Positions 34,701 through 42,847 of a stretch of 42,847 nucleotides of DNA are shown here, piece by piece. The DNA is taken from IMG/VR virus record IMGVR_UViG_3300021400_000071, positions 1 to 42,847 of that record. One strand, given 5' to 3'. This DNA comes from a virus. The translations under genes and the position numbers were made by a program. The notes under the pieces were generated by a model. That model did not search any database. It saw nothing but the letters and a program-made list of their open reading frames with translations, and was not told the DNA's origin. The first letter of the stretch is position 1; every line of letters begins with the position of its first letter.

Positions 34701-37700
34701 ACGAAGTGGTAGCAAACGCCTGCCAAACCATGCTGCAGGACAGCAAGGCTATTGCCAAGCTGGCACGGCAGAACATGACGCTGGCGGAGAAGATTGCTGA
34801 CTACATCGAGGATATAACAGCGAGACTCAAGGCGGCCTTTGAGGACGTCAACTACAAGGATAACCTGCCGCTGTACAATGCCGTCAAGGCCATGGAAGAT
34901 CAGCTGGATGAGATGCAGAGGCTGTGGGATGCCGGTATTGAGGCGGCGACGGAGAACTATAATGCTCAAAATACGGTAAGAAATGCTCGCGAACAGGCAG
35001 AAAATGCTCAGGAAACGCAAAATGTGCCCGAAAATGCGGAAACAATGCCCGCTGCAGCTCAGAGAGCGGATACGCAGGAAGAAAGCAATACCCAAACACA
35101 GTTCCAGATGTGGGACACCGTTGAAGAAACCGACAGGCTGATTGCTGTGCACAACAAGAGCGTAAGCGGCCTGCGTAGAATGCTGCAGCGGCATGGCGTG
35201 CCTTTCCCGTCTATCGCAATTAAGAAGGCCGGAACACCTCATGAAGGATTCGGCGACGTATCAATCGTGTTTCCTCGCTCTACCATCGACCCGGAGGTAA
35301 ACCGGCAGAACAGGCTGTACAGCAACGACGCATGGACACCGACAGAACCTATTGAGGAGTACGACGTCGGAGATATGTACCGGTATCATAAGAAATTCCG
35401 GAAGATGATTGGGGAAGATGTGTTCAGCGGCCTCAAAGGATCTTCTTATCTGGAAGAGAGCGATGTGTCCAGAAAGCTTCAGTACAACAGAGGCGACATA
35501 TTTGCGGCAGTGAAAGATATCAGTGCCGTGAAATATGCCTATCTGAAGAGCATTGGACAGGAACCGCAAATATCTGGAAAGGCGGGAGATTTGTTCACAG
35601 GAGGCAACTTTTCAAACGAAGAAGTGCTTGCTGTGTTTGATGCTTTCGGTACTGGCGGCATGGAGGCGATGGAAGAAAACGACGATGCAACACGCCAGAA
35701 GATTCGGGATGCACTCAATGAATGGTTTGCCGAGAAGTATGACGGAACAAAGCTTGAAAAGAAAGCTCGTGAAAGTAAGCCATACGACAACAGAGGAGTA
35801 TGGCCGGATGATTTCAAGCGAGCATGGGAAAACTACAAGCAGAACAACTACTCTGTAAAGGTCGTTCCGGATTACGATGCACTTGACAGAAGTCTAAGAA
35901 ACAATTCAGAAGTTCTTAATGATCCTAGATACAAGGAATGGATAGAGGAACAGTTCTCCGATCTTATCAAAGACAAGGGAATTCCGAACGGAAAGGACTA
36001 TTACACACCTTCCGGCAATGTTAGAAGCTTTAAAGCCCGGCATGTGCCTGCCACACTGGAAAACATCGTTGCTCAGATGCAGAAAGAACAGGAACGCGGC
36101 GTCGGCGTTATGGGCGTCAACCTTAGAGGGGCTGCCACAAAAGCATACCGGAACGTGGAAGAGATGCGTGCCGATAGTGGGAGACTCTTAGGAACGCACG
36201 TTTCAGATGATGTTTATGACAGCTATATGAAAGGGTTTCAGGACAGGCTGTATGAACTGACACAGAGAGCTGCCAATGGTAGTGAACGGTGGGAGGTGAT
36301 GGATAGCGCTCAAGAAATTCTTCTGGAAACTCTCAGAGATTCTACCAGCAAGCAGAATATGGACACCAGGCTGAGGCGAGAGGCACAGTGGATTAATTAC
36401 AGCAAAGAGCTGGCAAATGATCTCTGGGCGCTCCGAAATGACGTACAGAACATGCCTGCCCCGTATTTTGAAGCAAAGCCGCGTAGAATCGTATACCCGG
36501 AGGAAGCGCTTGCATATATCCTTCCGGACAATGCGGACCAGGACGTGGTGGATCAGCTCAACCAGATAGGCTACAATGTACTGACCTACAAAGCCGGAGA
36601 TGAGGCAGACCGTCTGGAAAAGCTGAACAGTGTGGAAAAAGCCAAGTTCCAGGCATGGGACGAGCAGATGGCTCCGGAGATCCGGCAGCGGATCGAGGAT
36701 GCTGATGCACTGGAAGCCCGCGTGCGTGATTACTTCCAGAGCGTGCCGGAGGACAGCAATTATTATCTCAGTGATGACGAGATCAGCGAGATGATGGAGC
36801 TTGACCGGTATGCAGTGGATGGAGATATCAGAGGCGCTGAGCGGATCGTTGAGGATCTGTCTGAACTGTCCAAGAATCTATACGGCGACGAGAAGACACA
36901 AGCCTACGAGCTGATGGACGCACTGATTCAGCACCTGTCCGTGATGCAGCAGGATAACTGGACGGAGATGCGGATTGCTCAGAACAAGACCTTTGCAGAG
37001 TGGTACGGCAAGAAGCATCCGAGCCTGTACTATCCTGGCTATGAGATGGGCAAGCTGAATGTGGACAAGGAAGTAAACTATCTCCGGGAGCTGATCGACA
37101 GCGGAACACTGACGGCAGAGGACGAGGCAGAAGCGCAGCGGCTGTATGATGCGATGCGTAGCAGCCCATATTCCACCTGGTATCAGAAATGGGATAACAC
37201 CGGCGATGACACTTCAAGCGAGGATGCAGGCAGGAGAATGGCCTATGCCATGATTCAGGCCGAGAACAACGCACTGAAGGATGCAGTCAATGCCCTGAAT
37301 GAACTGACCAACAAGCAGAACACCACCATTGCCAGACTGGAAAAGGCCCTGAAGCTGACCAAGACACCGGAAGTCCGGCAGGGCGATGCAAACCGGCTGG
37401 CAAGGCAGCTGGTGAAGGACCACAGCAGCACGGCTGATGCGTCCCGCGTGGCGGCTGAGCTGAAAGCCATGGGCGATTACATCCTGCAGAACAAGAAGAT
37501 CGATGCGGACACCGTGAAGCAGAGAGCCAGAGCGATTGCGGCGGAGCTCGTCGAGAATGCGGAAGTGGTCGATGACCTTGGTGGAGAGCTTGCCACATAC
37601 CGTGGTATCGCGGATGATATCAGAGGCAAGAAGCTGACGATAGACGAGGACTTCATCGGAGAGTTGGGAACTGCAGACGGATACGACGCATTCCGGAAGG

Positions 37701-40700
37701 CAAACTTCGGCAACTTCACACTGGCGAAACGCGGCACCGGAGAATCTGCCGGACGTGATGGATATACCACCGTCGGCGGCTTCTACCAGACGCTGCAGCA
37801 GGCATGGGGTGAGGCATACTTCCCGAATGTGGCCAACGAGGGCGAACAGATCCAGGTGATCGCAGACATGTTCCAGCGGGCGAAGGGCATCACCGTGAAC
37901 CCAAACGAGGACTACATGGGCGAGGCCACCGAGGAGCTTGCCAACCGGATTGCTTTTGATGTGATGGATGGCATCATGAGGCCGACCCCTCCGACGCAGG
38001 CAGACCGGCAGAAAGCCAGACTCGACGAGGCAAGGCAGGAAACCATGACTGCAGAACGGGAAGCTGAGAGAGCCGGAGAACGTGCCGCAGCTACCATCTA
38101 CGATCTGACCACCGCACTGGATTCGGCACAGAGCCGCCAGAAGACACTGATGGAATCCATCCGTGAGCTGGAGAGACAGGGTGAGCTGAGCGAGAAGGAA
38201 GCACAGCGCATGGCCGAGACCATCTACGATCTGAGCATTGCACTGGACAATGCCGAGAGCCGCTACAAAACGCTGAGAGCATCCGCCAGAGAGCGCTACA
38301 GCCAGCTGAGGGAAGAAGGCCGGGCCCGTGCAACGGAAGCCGCAATGCGAGAGCGGGAGAAAGCAAATGAAAGGATCTCCGCTCTGAAAAACTACTACCA
38401 TGATCTGGCAGACCGGGCAAGGGAACGCCGGAACGAGGCAGCCGGATCCACCAAGTACCGGAAGAAGATCCAGCAGCAGGTGAAGAAGCTGTCTGACTGG
38501 TTGATGAAAAACAGCGATAAGGAACATGTGCCGGAAGCCATCAAAGCGCCTCTGCTTGAATTCCTGACGGCAATCGACTTCACATCCAAGCGTGCACTGC
38601 GCGGCGGCGAGCAGACCCAAAATGACGTCAAATTCGGGGCACGGCTGCAGAAGCTACAGCAGATGCTGCAGAATCAGCAGCGGTACATCGACGGCGACGG
38701 AAACGTGCAGCAGGATCTGGGCGGCTACATTGACATCGGGCCGGACATGCAGCAGGTGCTGCAGGACATGGCACAGCGTGTGACCGAAGCCATGGAGACC
38801 GGCGAGACCTACACCATCAACACCATGAGTGCAGCTGAGCTGAAGGATCTGAGCAATCTGATCGCCACACTCACAGCCGGCATCCGGAACATGAACAGCT
38901 TCATGGCGAATGCCCGGTATGAGAGCGTGAGAGAGGCGGCAGCACAGGACATTGAGACCATGCAGAAGCTGGGCAAGGCCAGAGACAGCGACAGCAGCAT
39001 GATCGCAAAGTTCCTGAAATGGAAGGACGCCACACCGTACTATGCGATGAAGCGATTCGGACAGGGCGGCAGAAGCATCTTTGACGGGCTGACACGCGGC
39101 TGGGAGAAACTGGCTCAGCATGCACAGCAGATCATCAGCTTCACGGAGAAAGCCTACACCGACAAGGAAGTGAACGCCTGGAAGAAGGAGATGCACAGCT
39201 TCACACTGGAGGACGGCAGTGAGATCCGCATGACCACAGCACAGATCATGGAGCTGGCCATGCTGCTGAAGAGACCGCAGGCCGTGCAGCACATCACGAA
39301 GGGCGGCATCCGGATCGGCAACATCGAGACCACCGCGAATGGCCAGAAGCGCACCATCACAGACACGACGCACTATCATCTGACAGCTGACGATATCGTG
39401 AATGTCCTGGACACGCTGACTGACCGGCAGCGGGAAGTGGCCAACACCCTGCAGAAGTACATGGCGGAACAGGGAGCCAAATGGGGCAATGAGATCACCA
39501 TGCGGCGCTTCGGCTATGAATTCTACACAGAGGGCGAGAACTACTACCCGATCCGGACGGACGATAACACCAGACCGATGGCTGACACGGACGCGCAGCA
39601 GAACAGTATGTTCCGCCTGCTGAACCTGAGCAGCAGCAAGAGCCTGAACCCGAAAGCCAGCAACGCACTGGTGGTCAATGACATATTCGACACATTTGCC
39701 GACCACATGGCCGATCAGGCAAAGCTGAACGCGCTGGGCCTGCCGATCCTCGACGCGATCAAATGGTTCAACTACAGAGAGCGGATTGACCTGGGTGACG
39801 GAGCCTACAACACCGTGACCATGCAGGCAGCCATGGAACAGGCCTACGGCGAGCAGGCGAAGCGGTACTTCCGGACGCTGATGAAGGACATCAACGGCGT
39901 GACCGAGAGCGGCGACCGAGGCACGGATCTGGCGAGCCGGATGATGAGCAATTACAAGATCGCATCCGTCGGTGCCAACCTGCGTGTGGCGATGCTGCAG
40001 CCGACAGCCTATGTGAGGGCACAGACCGTGATCTCTCCGAGAAACCTGATCCGGGCATTCGCCTACAAGAACGGGATCAAGGAGGCCATGGAGCACTCCG
40101 GAACGGCAATCTGGAAGAGCCTGGGCTATTACGACACCAACATTAGCCGGAGCATGCGGCAGCAGATTCAGCACAACGAGACCATCCGTGACAAGCTGGT
40201 GGAGAAATCCATGAAGATGGCAGAGCACGGAGACCAGGTAACGTGGGGCCGCCTCTGGATTGCCTGCAAGCTACAGGCACAGGACATGAATCCCGGCATC
40301 ACCGGCGACGATCTGATGCAGAAGACGGCAGATCTCTTCCGTGAAGTGGTTTACAGCAGCCAGGTGATGGACAGCACGCTGACCAGATCCGAGCTGATGC
40401 GCAGCCACAGCTTCTGGGATAAGAACCTCACGGCATTCATGGCAGAGCCGACGCTGAGCTACAACATTATGATGGACGCCTACATTACCTATGAGAACGA
40501 TGTGCGGGCAAACGGCAGGCAGGGTGCATGGCAGCGCAATTCGGAGACGCTGCGGAGAGCATTCACGGTGTACATGTCCAGCGCTGTGGTATCCGCCATC
40601 GCTGAGAGCATTGCGGACGCGATCCGGGACGATGACGATGACGAGACCGCAATCGATAAGTTCCTGCAGGCATTCCTTGGTGAGGACAGCATCCTCGACG

Positions 40701-42331
40701 GGAACATGTTCCAGGATGTGATTCTGACCGGGAAGATCCCCTATGCGAAGAACATCTGGAGCCTGCTGCAGGGCTATGAGAATTCTGACATGATCTTCGG
40801 CGGGATCAGCAACCTGATCAAGGTGTTTGAGATCTGGAGAGAGACCGTGCAGCTGGCGACCGGAGACCTTGAGAAGCCGACGAAGGTTACCTACTACGGC
40901 AACATGACCGAGTGGGGCAAGATCTACAAGACGCTGCAGAGCATTAGCCAGATCAGCGGCTTCCCGATCAGCGGCGGGATGCGAGATGTATTCGCCATCT
41001 GGAATGCAACCGTGGGCAACATCGTGCCGTACTGGAAGGTGAAGACCTATGACAAGAACCGCCTGAGCCAGAGCCAGAAGAATGCCTACAACGAGAATCT
41101 GAAGGGATCAGGCATCACGGAGGGACAGTACCAGCAGATGCGGACAGAGATGGACGCAGACGGAAACGGTAGCCTGAAGCAGGACGAAGTCGGCATGTAC
41201 CTCAATGAGCAGGTGAAAGCCAGAAAGATGACGGAAGAGCAGGCATCAGCTGTCTGGGCGACGGCAGGCCCAAGCTGGAAGAAGACCTACAGCGAGTGGA
41301 ACGGGAAGCCAGCAAGCACGGAAGAACCGGCAGCAGCTGCAACCACACAGACAGTCAGACCGGCACCGACGCCGGAGAGCGTGAAGATCACCACCTATGA
41401 CCAGTTCAAGAGCGCTGCACACATCTACAGCGACAAACGGGAGACGGCCTACAACCTCTGGGAATCCTCAGTACAGCCTCTGGGCATTGACCTTGACCGC
41501 TATACGCAGTACATCAACGTGAGCGATGTGAACGACAACGGCAGCGTGACGCAGGAAGAGATGGGTGCCACACTCACCGAAGCCATCAACCGTGGCGAGC
41601 TGAACGGAGATCAGGCCGAAGCAATCTGGCACACGCTTTGGAACGGAGGCCGGAGCAAGACCTACGCATCCTGGGCAGCGAAGAACGCGACCAGAGGAGG
41701 CATGCCGAGTCAGGAAGAGCTGCTGGAGCTGAACGATAACCCGGATCGCTATGATGTTGGCGACACGACAGTGACGGCAGCGGAGATCCTGGCGGAGACA
41801 CTGGACAGAGGACAGCAAATCACAAGGGTGGGCGAGACCTATCAGCTGATCCCCGGCGAGTATCCGAGCAGAAAGCTGTACGGCGAGTGGCTGCCGGTGC
41901 TGAATGAGCTTGGCATTGATCCCGGCGACGTGTGGGAGAACGGCCAGAATGTGACACTGTCGCAGATGAGCCAGTATTACACACCGGAGGAATACCGTGA
42001 GCGCATCGAATACATGCGGCAGAACCGGTGGTGGATTGACCTGGGCTTTGAGGAAGAACCGGCCTATGCAGCAAATGAGCTCTATCTTGGATGGCAGGAG
42101 AATCCGGACTATCCGGGCCAGACCTTTGAGGAATACCTCAACACACCGGAGAGCCAGAGCTGGCTGCAGCAGCTTGCCCAGATGCAGAGCGAGGCAGCAG
42201 GCGGTGAGTGGGACAGATTCACCGGCGGCACTGCGAGAACCTACCGAGGAACCGGCCAAAAGGCCCGGAGATCCGGCGAGGCACTGTACGTCAGCAGGGC
42301 GATGCGCGACAGCAAGCGAGGCCGGAGATAA
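31769..42331 (+). CDS. Giant 3,520-aa multidomain head-module protein (candidate packaged/ejected polyvalent-type protein)
   Basis: Uninterrupted ORF with RBS AAGGAGG. HELTH at 34544-34558. Coiled coil at about 37990-38480. Duplicated EF-hand module at 41111-41680. Basic C-terminus. Confidence 0.85.
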   Translation: MANKTSAFRESAKKIGIYQPRSVDEANEMLNELNTRSQGITNYLNSDKESSVQDRIKYQDQITGARRQLDTISKQYGTDLSENQKWYDEANSVMQDRKNAYVQRVMQTQAENNWGQPDNRTTLQKVTDKLLGVDRTKVTGGKTDWGKLAEGAAVKGANQANAGFWSGVGIFNDIGKKITNSKVGNWLFGDLADGANAIATTTINGAIDTINSIFGTNYAGIKNGQSALDFLVSDAQAGKANAEAKYEKNANTSRAAQIIDQFGTSTVAAIPMAIEAAILAPTQAMQAAQVTTSGLSYFSGMQNARGVEAIGMMGREGLNKLFRNPQFWTSYLQAAGDGYESAKEDGMNQDDAAVYALTNGFFNAMVEVGGADEALGGIQNLPMRLRQAAESGNKSAVVNWFKDSVLGEAWEEVQQGAIERGTKSFFGQDVPIFSLDPTDNRAIINPYTAGQEFLGGAVVGGVLGGGQVAANSAVQSVSDSRTFNGDASALIKAAKNSAQEADQASIAQIESAMAARKGRTITMGEARTLQEIASRTGNMHAYVQNILQAENQQRADQQREATQQSRVRRYLERVRAGEVDQTGTADTKGATIQYEGRQAKVDFVRDGDQNRVRLTFDDGTERTVSYQEAADAGLDENVRNLMVALSAIGPNAPAAYSVYESDQEVGRYAAAMDEAINLYAAQGQDVRKAAAAARESNSPAMITYLTDAQLELAQSLGSKIYEQKQTQVKEAGAKLAEIRQAAQQAMSAQDVTATEGLAAVNATLTDARQHLKNVQQAYNDTMEYLDEMAANGQEGTEAYQNALEQANALRDDLDGTQKVIEALEDERKKLQARQPIKRKQGTVSFEGGTINGEKVNGVDRSKLTRQQKNVVAMVEALADAVNVDYVFFDGDAKGNQGAYVQGGTVYINVNAGMAANKALAAATLSHELTHYMQEYAPEEYEQLKQFIISNVLQKGELDRLVQQQLRLEPNLSYDQALDEVVANACQTMLQDSKAIAKLARQNMTLAEKIADYIEDITARLKAAFEDVNYKDNLPLYNAVKAMEDQLDEMQRLWDAGIEAATENYNAQNTVRNAREQAENAQETQNVPENAETMPAAAQRADTQEESNTQTQFQMWDTVEETDRLIAVHNKSVSGLRRMLQRHGVPFPSIAIKKAGTPHEGFGDVSIVFPRSTIDPEVNRQNRLYSNDAWTPTEPIEEYDVGDMYRYHKKFRKMIGEDVFSGLKGSSYLEESDVSRKLQYNRGDIFAAVKDISAVKYAYLKSIGQEPQISGKAGDLFTGGNFSNEEVLAVFDAFGTGGMEAMEENDDATRQKIRDALNEWFAEKYDGTKLEKKARESKPYDNRGVWPDDFKRAWENYKQNNYSVKVVPDYDALDRSLRNNSEVLNDPRYKEWIEEQFSDLIKDKGIPNGKDYYTPSGNVRSFKARHVPATLENIVAQMQKEQERGVGVMGVNLRGAATKAYRNVEEMRADSGRLLGTHVSDDVYDSYMKGFQDRLYELTQRAANGSERWEVMDSAQEILLETLRDSTSKQNMDTRLRREAQWINYSKELANDLWALRNDVQNMPAPYFEAKPRRIVYPEEALAYILPDNADQDVVDQLNQIGYNVLTYKAGDEADRLEKLNSVEKAKFQAWDEQMAPEIRQRIEDADALEARVRDYFQSVPEDSNYYLSDDEISEMMELDRYAVDGDIRGAERIVEDLSELSKNLYGDEKTQAYELMDALIQHLSVMQQDNWTEMRIAQNKTFAEWYGKKHPSLYYPGYEMGKLNVDKEVNYLRELIDSGTLTAEDEAEAQRLYDAMRSSPYSTWYQKWDNTGDDTSSEDAGRRMAYAMIQAENNALKDAVNALNELTNKQNTTIARLEKALKLTKTPEVRQGDANRLARQLVKDHSSTADASRVAAELKAMGDYILQNKKIDADTVKQRARAIAAELVENAEVVDDLGGELATYRGIADDIRGKKLTIDEDFIGELGTADGYDAFRKANFGNFTLAKRGTGESAGRDGYTTVGGFYQTLQQAWGEAYFPNVANEGEQIQVIADMFQRAKGITVNPNEDYMGEATEELANRIAFDVMDGIMRPTPPTQADRQKARLDEARQETMTAEREAERAGERAAATIYDLTTALDSAQSRQKTLMESIRELERQGELSEKEAQRMAETIYDLSIALDNAESRYKTLRASARERYSQLREEGRARATEAAMREREKANERISALKNYYHDLADRARERRNEAAGSTKYRKKIQQQVKKLSDWLMKNSDKEHVPEAIKAPLLEFLTAIDFTSKRALRGGEQTQNDVKFGARLQKLQQMLQNQQRYIDGDGNVQQDLGGYIDIGPDMQQVLQDMAQRVTEAMETGETYTINTMSAAELKDLSNLIATLTAGIRNMNSFMANARYESVREAAAQDIETMQKLGKARDSDSSMIAKFLKWKDATPYYAMKRFGQGGRSIFDGLTRGWEKLAQHAQQIISFTEKAYTDKEVNAWKKEMHSFTLEDGSEIRMTTAQIMELAMLLKRPQAVQHITKGGIRIGNIETTANGQKRTITDTTHYHLTADDIVNVLDTLTDRQREVANTLQKYMAEQGAKWGNEITMRRFGYEFYTEGENYYPIRTDDNTRPMADTDAQQNSMFRLLNLSSSKSLNPKASNALVVNDIFDTFADHMADQAKLNALGLPILDAIKWFNYRERIDLGDGAYNTVTMQAAMEQAYGEQAKRYFRTLMKDINGVTESGDRGTDLASRMMSNYKIASVGANLRVAMLQPTAYVRAQTVISPRNLIRAFAYKNGIKEAMEHSGTAIWKSLGYYDTNISRSMRQQIQHNETIRDKLVEKSMKMAEHGDQVTWGRLWIACKLQAQDMNPGITGDDLMQKTADLFREVVYSSQVMDSTLTRSELMRSHSFWDKNLTAFMAEPTLSYNIMMDAYITYENDVRANGRQGAWQRNSETLRRAFTVYMSSAVVSAIAESIADAIRDDDDDETAIDKFLQAFLGEDSILDGNMFQDVILTGKIPYAKNIWSLLQGYENSDMIFGGISNLIKVFEIWRETVQLATGDLEKPTKVTYYGNMTEWGKIYKTLQSISQISGFPISGGMRDVFAIWNATVGNIVPYWKVKTYDKNRLSQSQKNAYNENLKGSGITEGQYQQMRTEMDADGNGSLKQDEVGMYLNEQVKARKMTEEQASAVWATAGPSWKKTYSEWNGKPASTEEPAAAATTQTVRPAPTPESVKITTYDQFKSAAHIYSDKRETAYNLWESSVQPLGIDLDRYTQYINVSDVNDNGSVTQEEMGATLTEAINRGELNGDQAEAIWHTLWNGGRSKTYASWAAKNATRGGMPSQEELLELNDNPDRYDVGDTTVTAAEILAETLDRGQQITRVGETYQLIPGEYPSRKLYGEWLPVLNELGIDPGDVWENGQNVTLSQMSQYYTPEEYRERIEYMRQNRWWIDLGFEEEPAYAANELYLGWQENPDYPGQTFEEYLNTPESQSWLQQLAQMQSEAAGGEWDRFTGGTARTYRGTGQKARRSGEALYVSRAMRDSKRGRR

Positions 42332-42340
42332 AAAACAGGA

Positions 42341-42367
42341 AGCAGGAGAGAAATCTCCTGCTTTTTG
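42341..42367 (+). terminator. Rho-independent terminator after the giant ORF
   Basis: AGCAGGAGA-gaaa-TCTCCTGCT followed by TTTTTG. Confidence 0.8.
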
Positions 42368-42370
42368 TGC

Positions 42371-42411
42371 GAGAGGGGGGTTACCACATTTGCCTGCGTG
42401 TCAATTATCAT
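42371..42411 (+). promoter_or_regulatory. Candidate late-operon promoter motif, copy 1
   Basis: GAGAGGGGGGTTACCACA-N17-TATCAT. TTACCA at 42381-42386, 19 nt, TATCAT at 42406-42411. Lies 52 nt before the scaffold ATG. Confidence 0.4.
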
Positions 42412-42462
42412 AAAGACAATGGAGTCGCGGCCCTTAGCCGGAGATTATTAAGGAGGCATCCT

Positions 42463-42847
42463 ATGCACAAATTATTCCAGGAGTTTGACCTGCAGTTCTT
42501 TGCCGGTGAAGGCGCATCATCCGGTGACGGGGCAGGGGCGGCTCCAGCGGGCGTAAGCACCGATATGGGTGCAGCTGCCGACGCCGGGCAGAGAGACACA
42601 CTGGAGACCATGGGCGTGCCCGTGGCGGAAGTCAGAAAATACCGGGCGATGAAGGAGCGGCAGGCATTGCGTGCGGGGATCCCGCAGCAGACGCAGCAGG
42701 CCGATGTACCTAATGTGCAGGACGCCGCTGCAGAAGACAACCAGCCACAGCAGGGAACCGAGCAGCCTGCACAGCAGGAACCGCAGAAGACCCTGAAGGA
42801 CGCACTCAAGGAAAACTCCGAGTGGAACCGGGAAATGCAGAACATGG
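42463..42847 (+). CDS. Scaffolding protein, N-terminal part (continues across the circular junction into 108..766)
   Basis: RBS AAGGAGG 6 nt before the ATG at 42463. Translates MHKLFQEFDLQFFAGEGASSG... The frame stays open to the window end and is in phase (pos mod 3 = 2) with ORF 95..766. Not in the ORF track because there is no stop inside the window. Confidence 0.75.
   Translation, partial: MHKLFQEFDLQFFAGEGASSGDGAGAAPAGVSTDMGAAADAGQRDTLETMGVPVAEVRKYRAMKERQALRAGIPQQTQQADVPNVQDAAAEDNQPQQGTEQPAQQEPQKTLKDALKENSEWNREMQNM
42741..42847. repeat. Terminal overlap, copy 2 (identical to 1..107)
   Basis: Same 107 nt as the window start. Confidence 0.95.

Larger units (their letters stand above)
1..42740. 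mobile_element. Complete temperate dsDNA phage genome (one circular unit; podovirus-like gene content)
   Basis: Terminal 107-bp overlap closes the circle. Full set of packaging, head, fibre, lysis, lysogeny, recombination and replication modules. No tube, sheath or tape-measure ORF recognised. Confidence 0.85.

Noticed and set aside
32006-35242. 1,078-aa minus-strand ORF. Similar ORFs at 37214..38620, 38654..40228, 41468..42259, 28111..29259, 30404..31609, 26875..27648, 16989..17903, 12407..13873 and 42408..42845.
   Set aside because: All lie wholly antisense to strongly supported + strand genes and translate to Leu/Arg/His/Cys-rich junk. They are an expected by-product of codon bias.
31769-42331. 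The giant ORF as a tape-measure protein.
   Set aside because: It has coiled coils and Gly-rich hydrophobic segments like a TMP. However, it sits between the portal and scaffold genes. There are no tail-tube, chaperone-frameshift or distal-tail genes around it. A 3,520-aa TMP would also imply an implausibly long tail.
42741-42847. The 107-bp end duplication as a biological direct terminal repeat.
   Set aside because: It lies in the middle of the scaffold coding sequence and is exactly what a circular assembly overlap looks like. A true DTR cannot be excluded without read-level data.
1-42847. tRNA, rRNA, CRISPR array, reverse transcriptase/DGR and transposase.
   Set aside because: The intergenic gaps are short (mostly under 190 bp) and are explained by promoters and terminators. 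No cloverleaf-like sequence, spaced repeat array or RT/transposase motif was seen by eye. A tRNAscan or HMM run would be needed for certainty.

Overview
The window is one complete, circularly closed temperate dsDNA phage genome. Bases 1..107 are identical to 42741..42847, so the unit length is 42,740 bp and the scaffolding gene runs across the artificial ends.

Gene signals are Gram-positive (Bacillota) in style: AGGAGG-type RBSs, a holin with no spanins, a PG_binding_1 endolysin, a teichoic-acid-type GDPD tail enzyme and a Prp/L27-type cleavage motif.

All genes are on the + strand except the lysogeny block at 14688..16830.

Gene order:
- scaffold, major capsid, putative adaptor and nozzle, then three fibre/RBP genes
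- endolysin, holin and a lysis-coupled trio, then a three-gene cargo cassette
- serine integrase (-), membrane protein (-) and CI-like repressor (-)
- Cro-like and XRE regulators, then YqaJ exonuclease and RecT
- replication organiser with internal iterons, then about 15 small, mostly Cys-rich ORFs and a DUF1064 protein
- TerS, TerL, portal, a phage-encoded Prp-like protease, an 18-aa tandem-repeat protein and a 3,520-aa giant ORF

No tail tube, sheath or tape-measure gene is evident, so the gene content looks podovirus-like.

Main points of interest:
- The giant head-module ORF takes up about 25% of the genome. It has a zincin HExxH motif, a low-GC insert, a coiled coil and a duplicated EF-hand module.
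- A self-contained Prp plus LQFF|A maturation set is present.
- The N-terminus of the serine integrase is frameshifted exactly at the catalytic-serine motif.
- A G-run-TTACC-N19-TAnnnT motif recurs in front of three late operons.
- There is an uncharacterised Gly-rich/Cys-rich cargo cassette.
- Three 4-Cys paralogues sit in tandem.
- An iteron cluster lies inside the replication gene.

Every functional call is motif recognition by eye. No database search was run.
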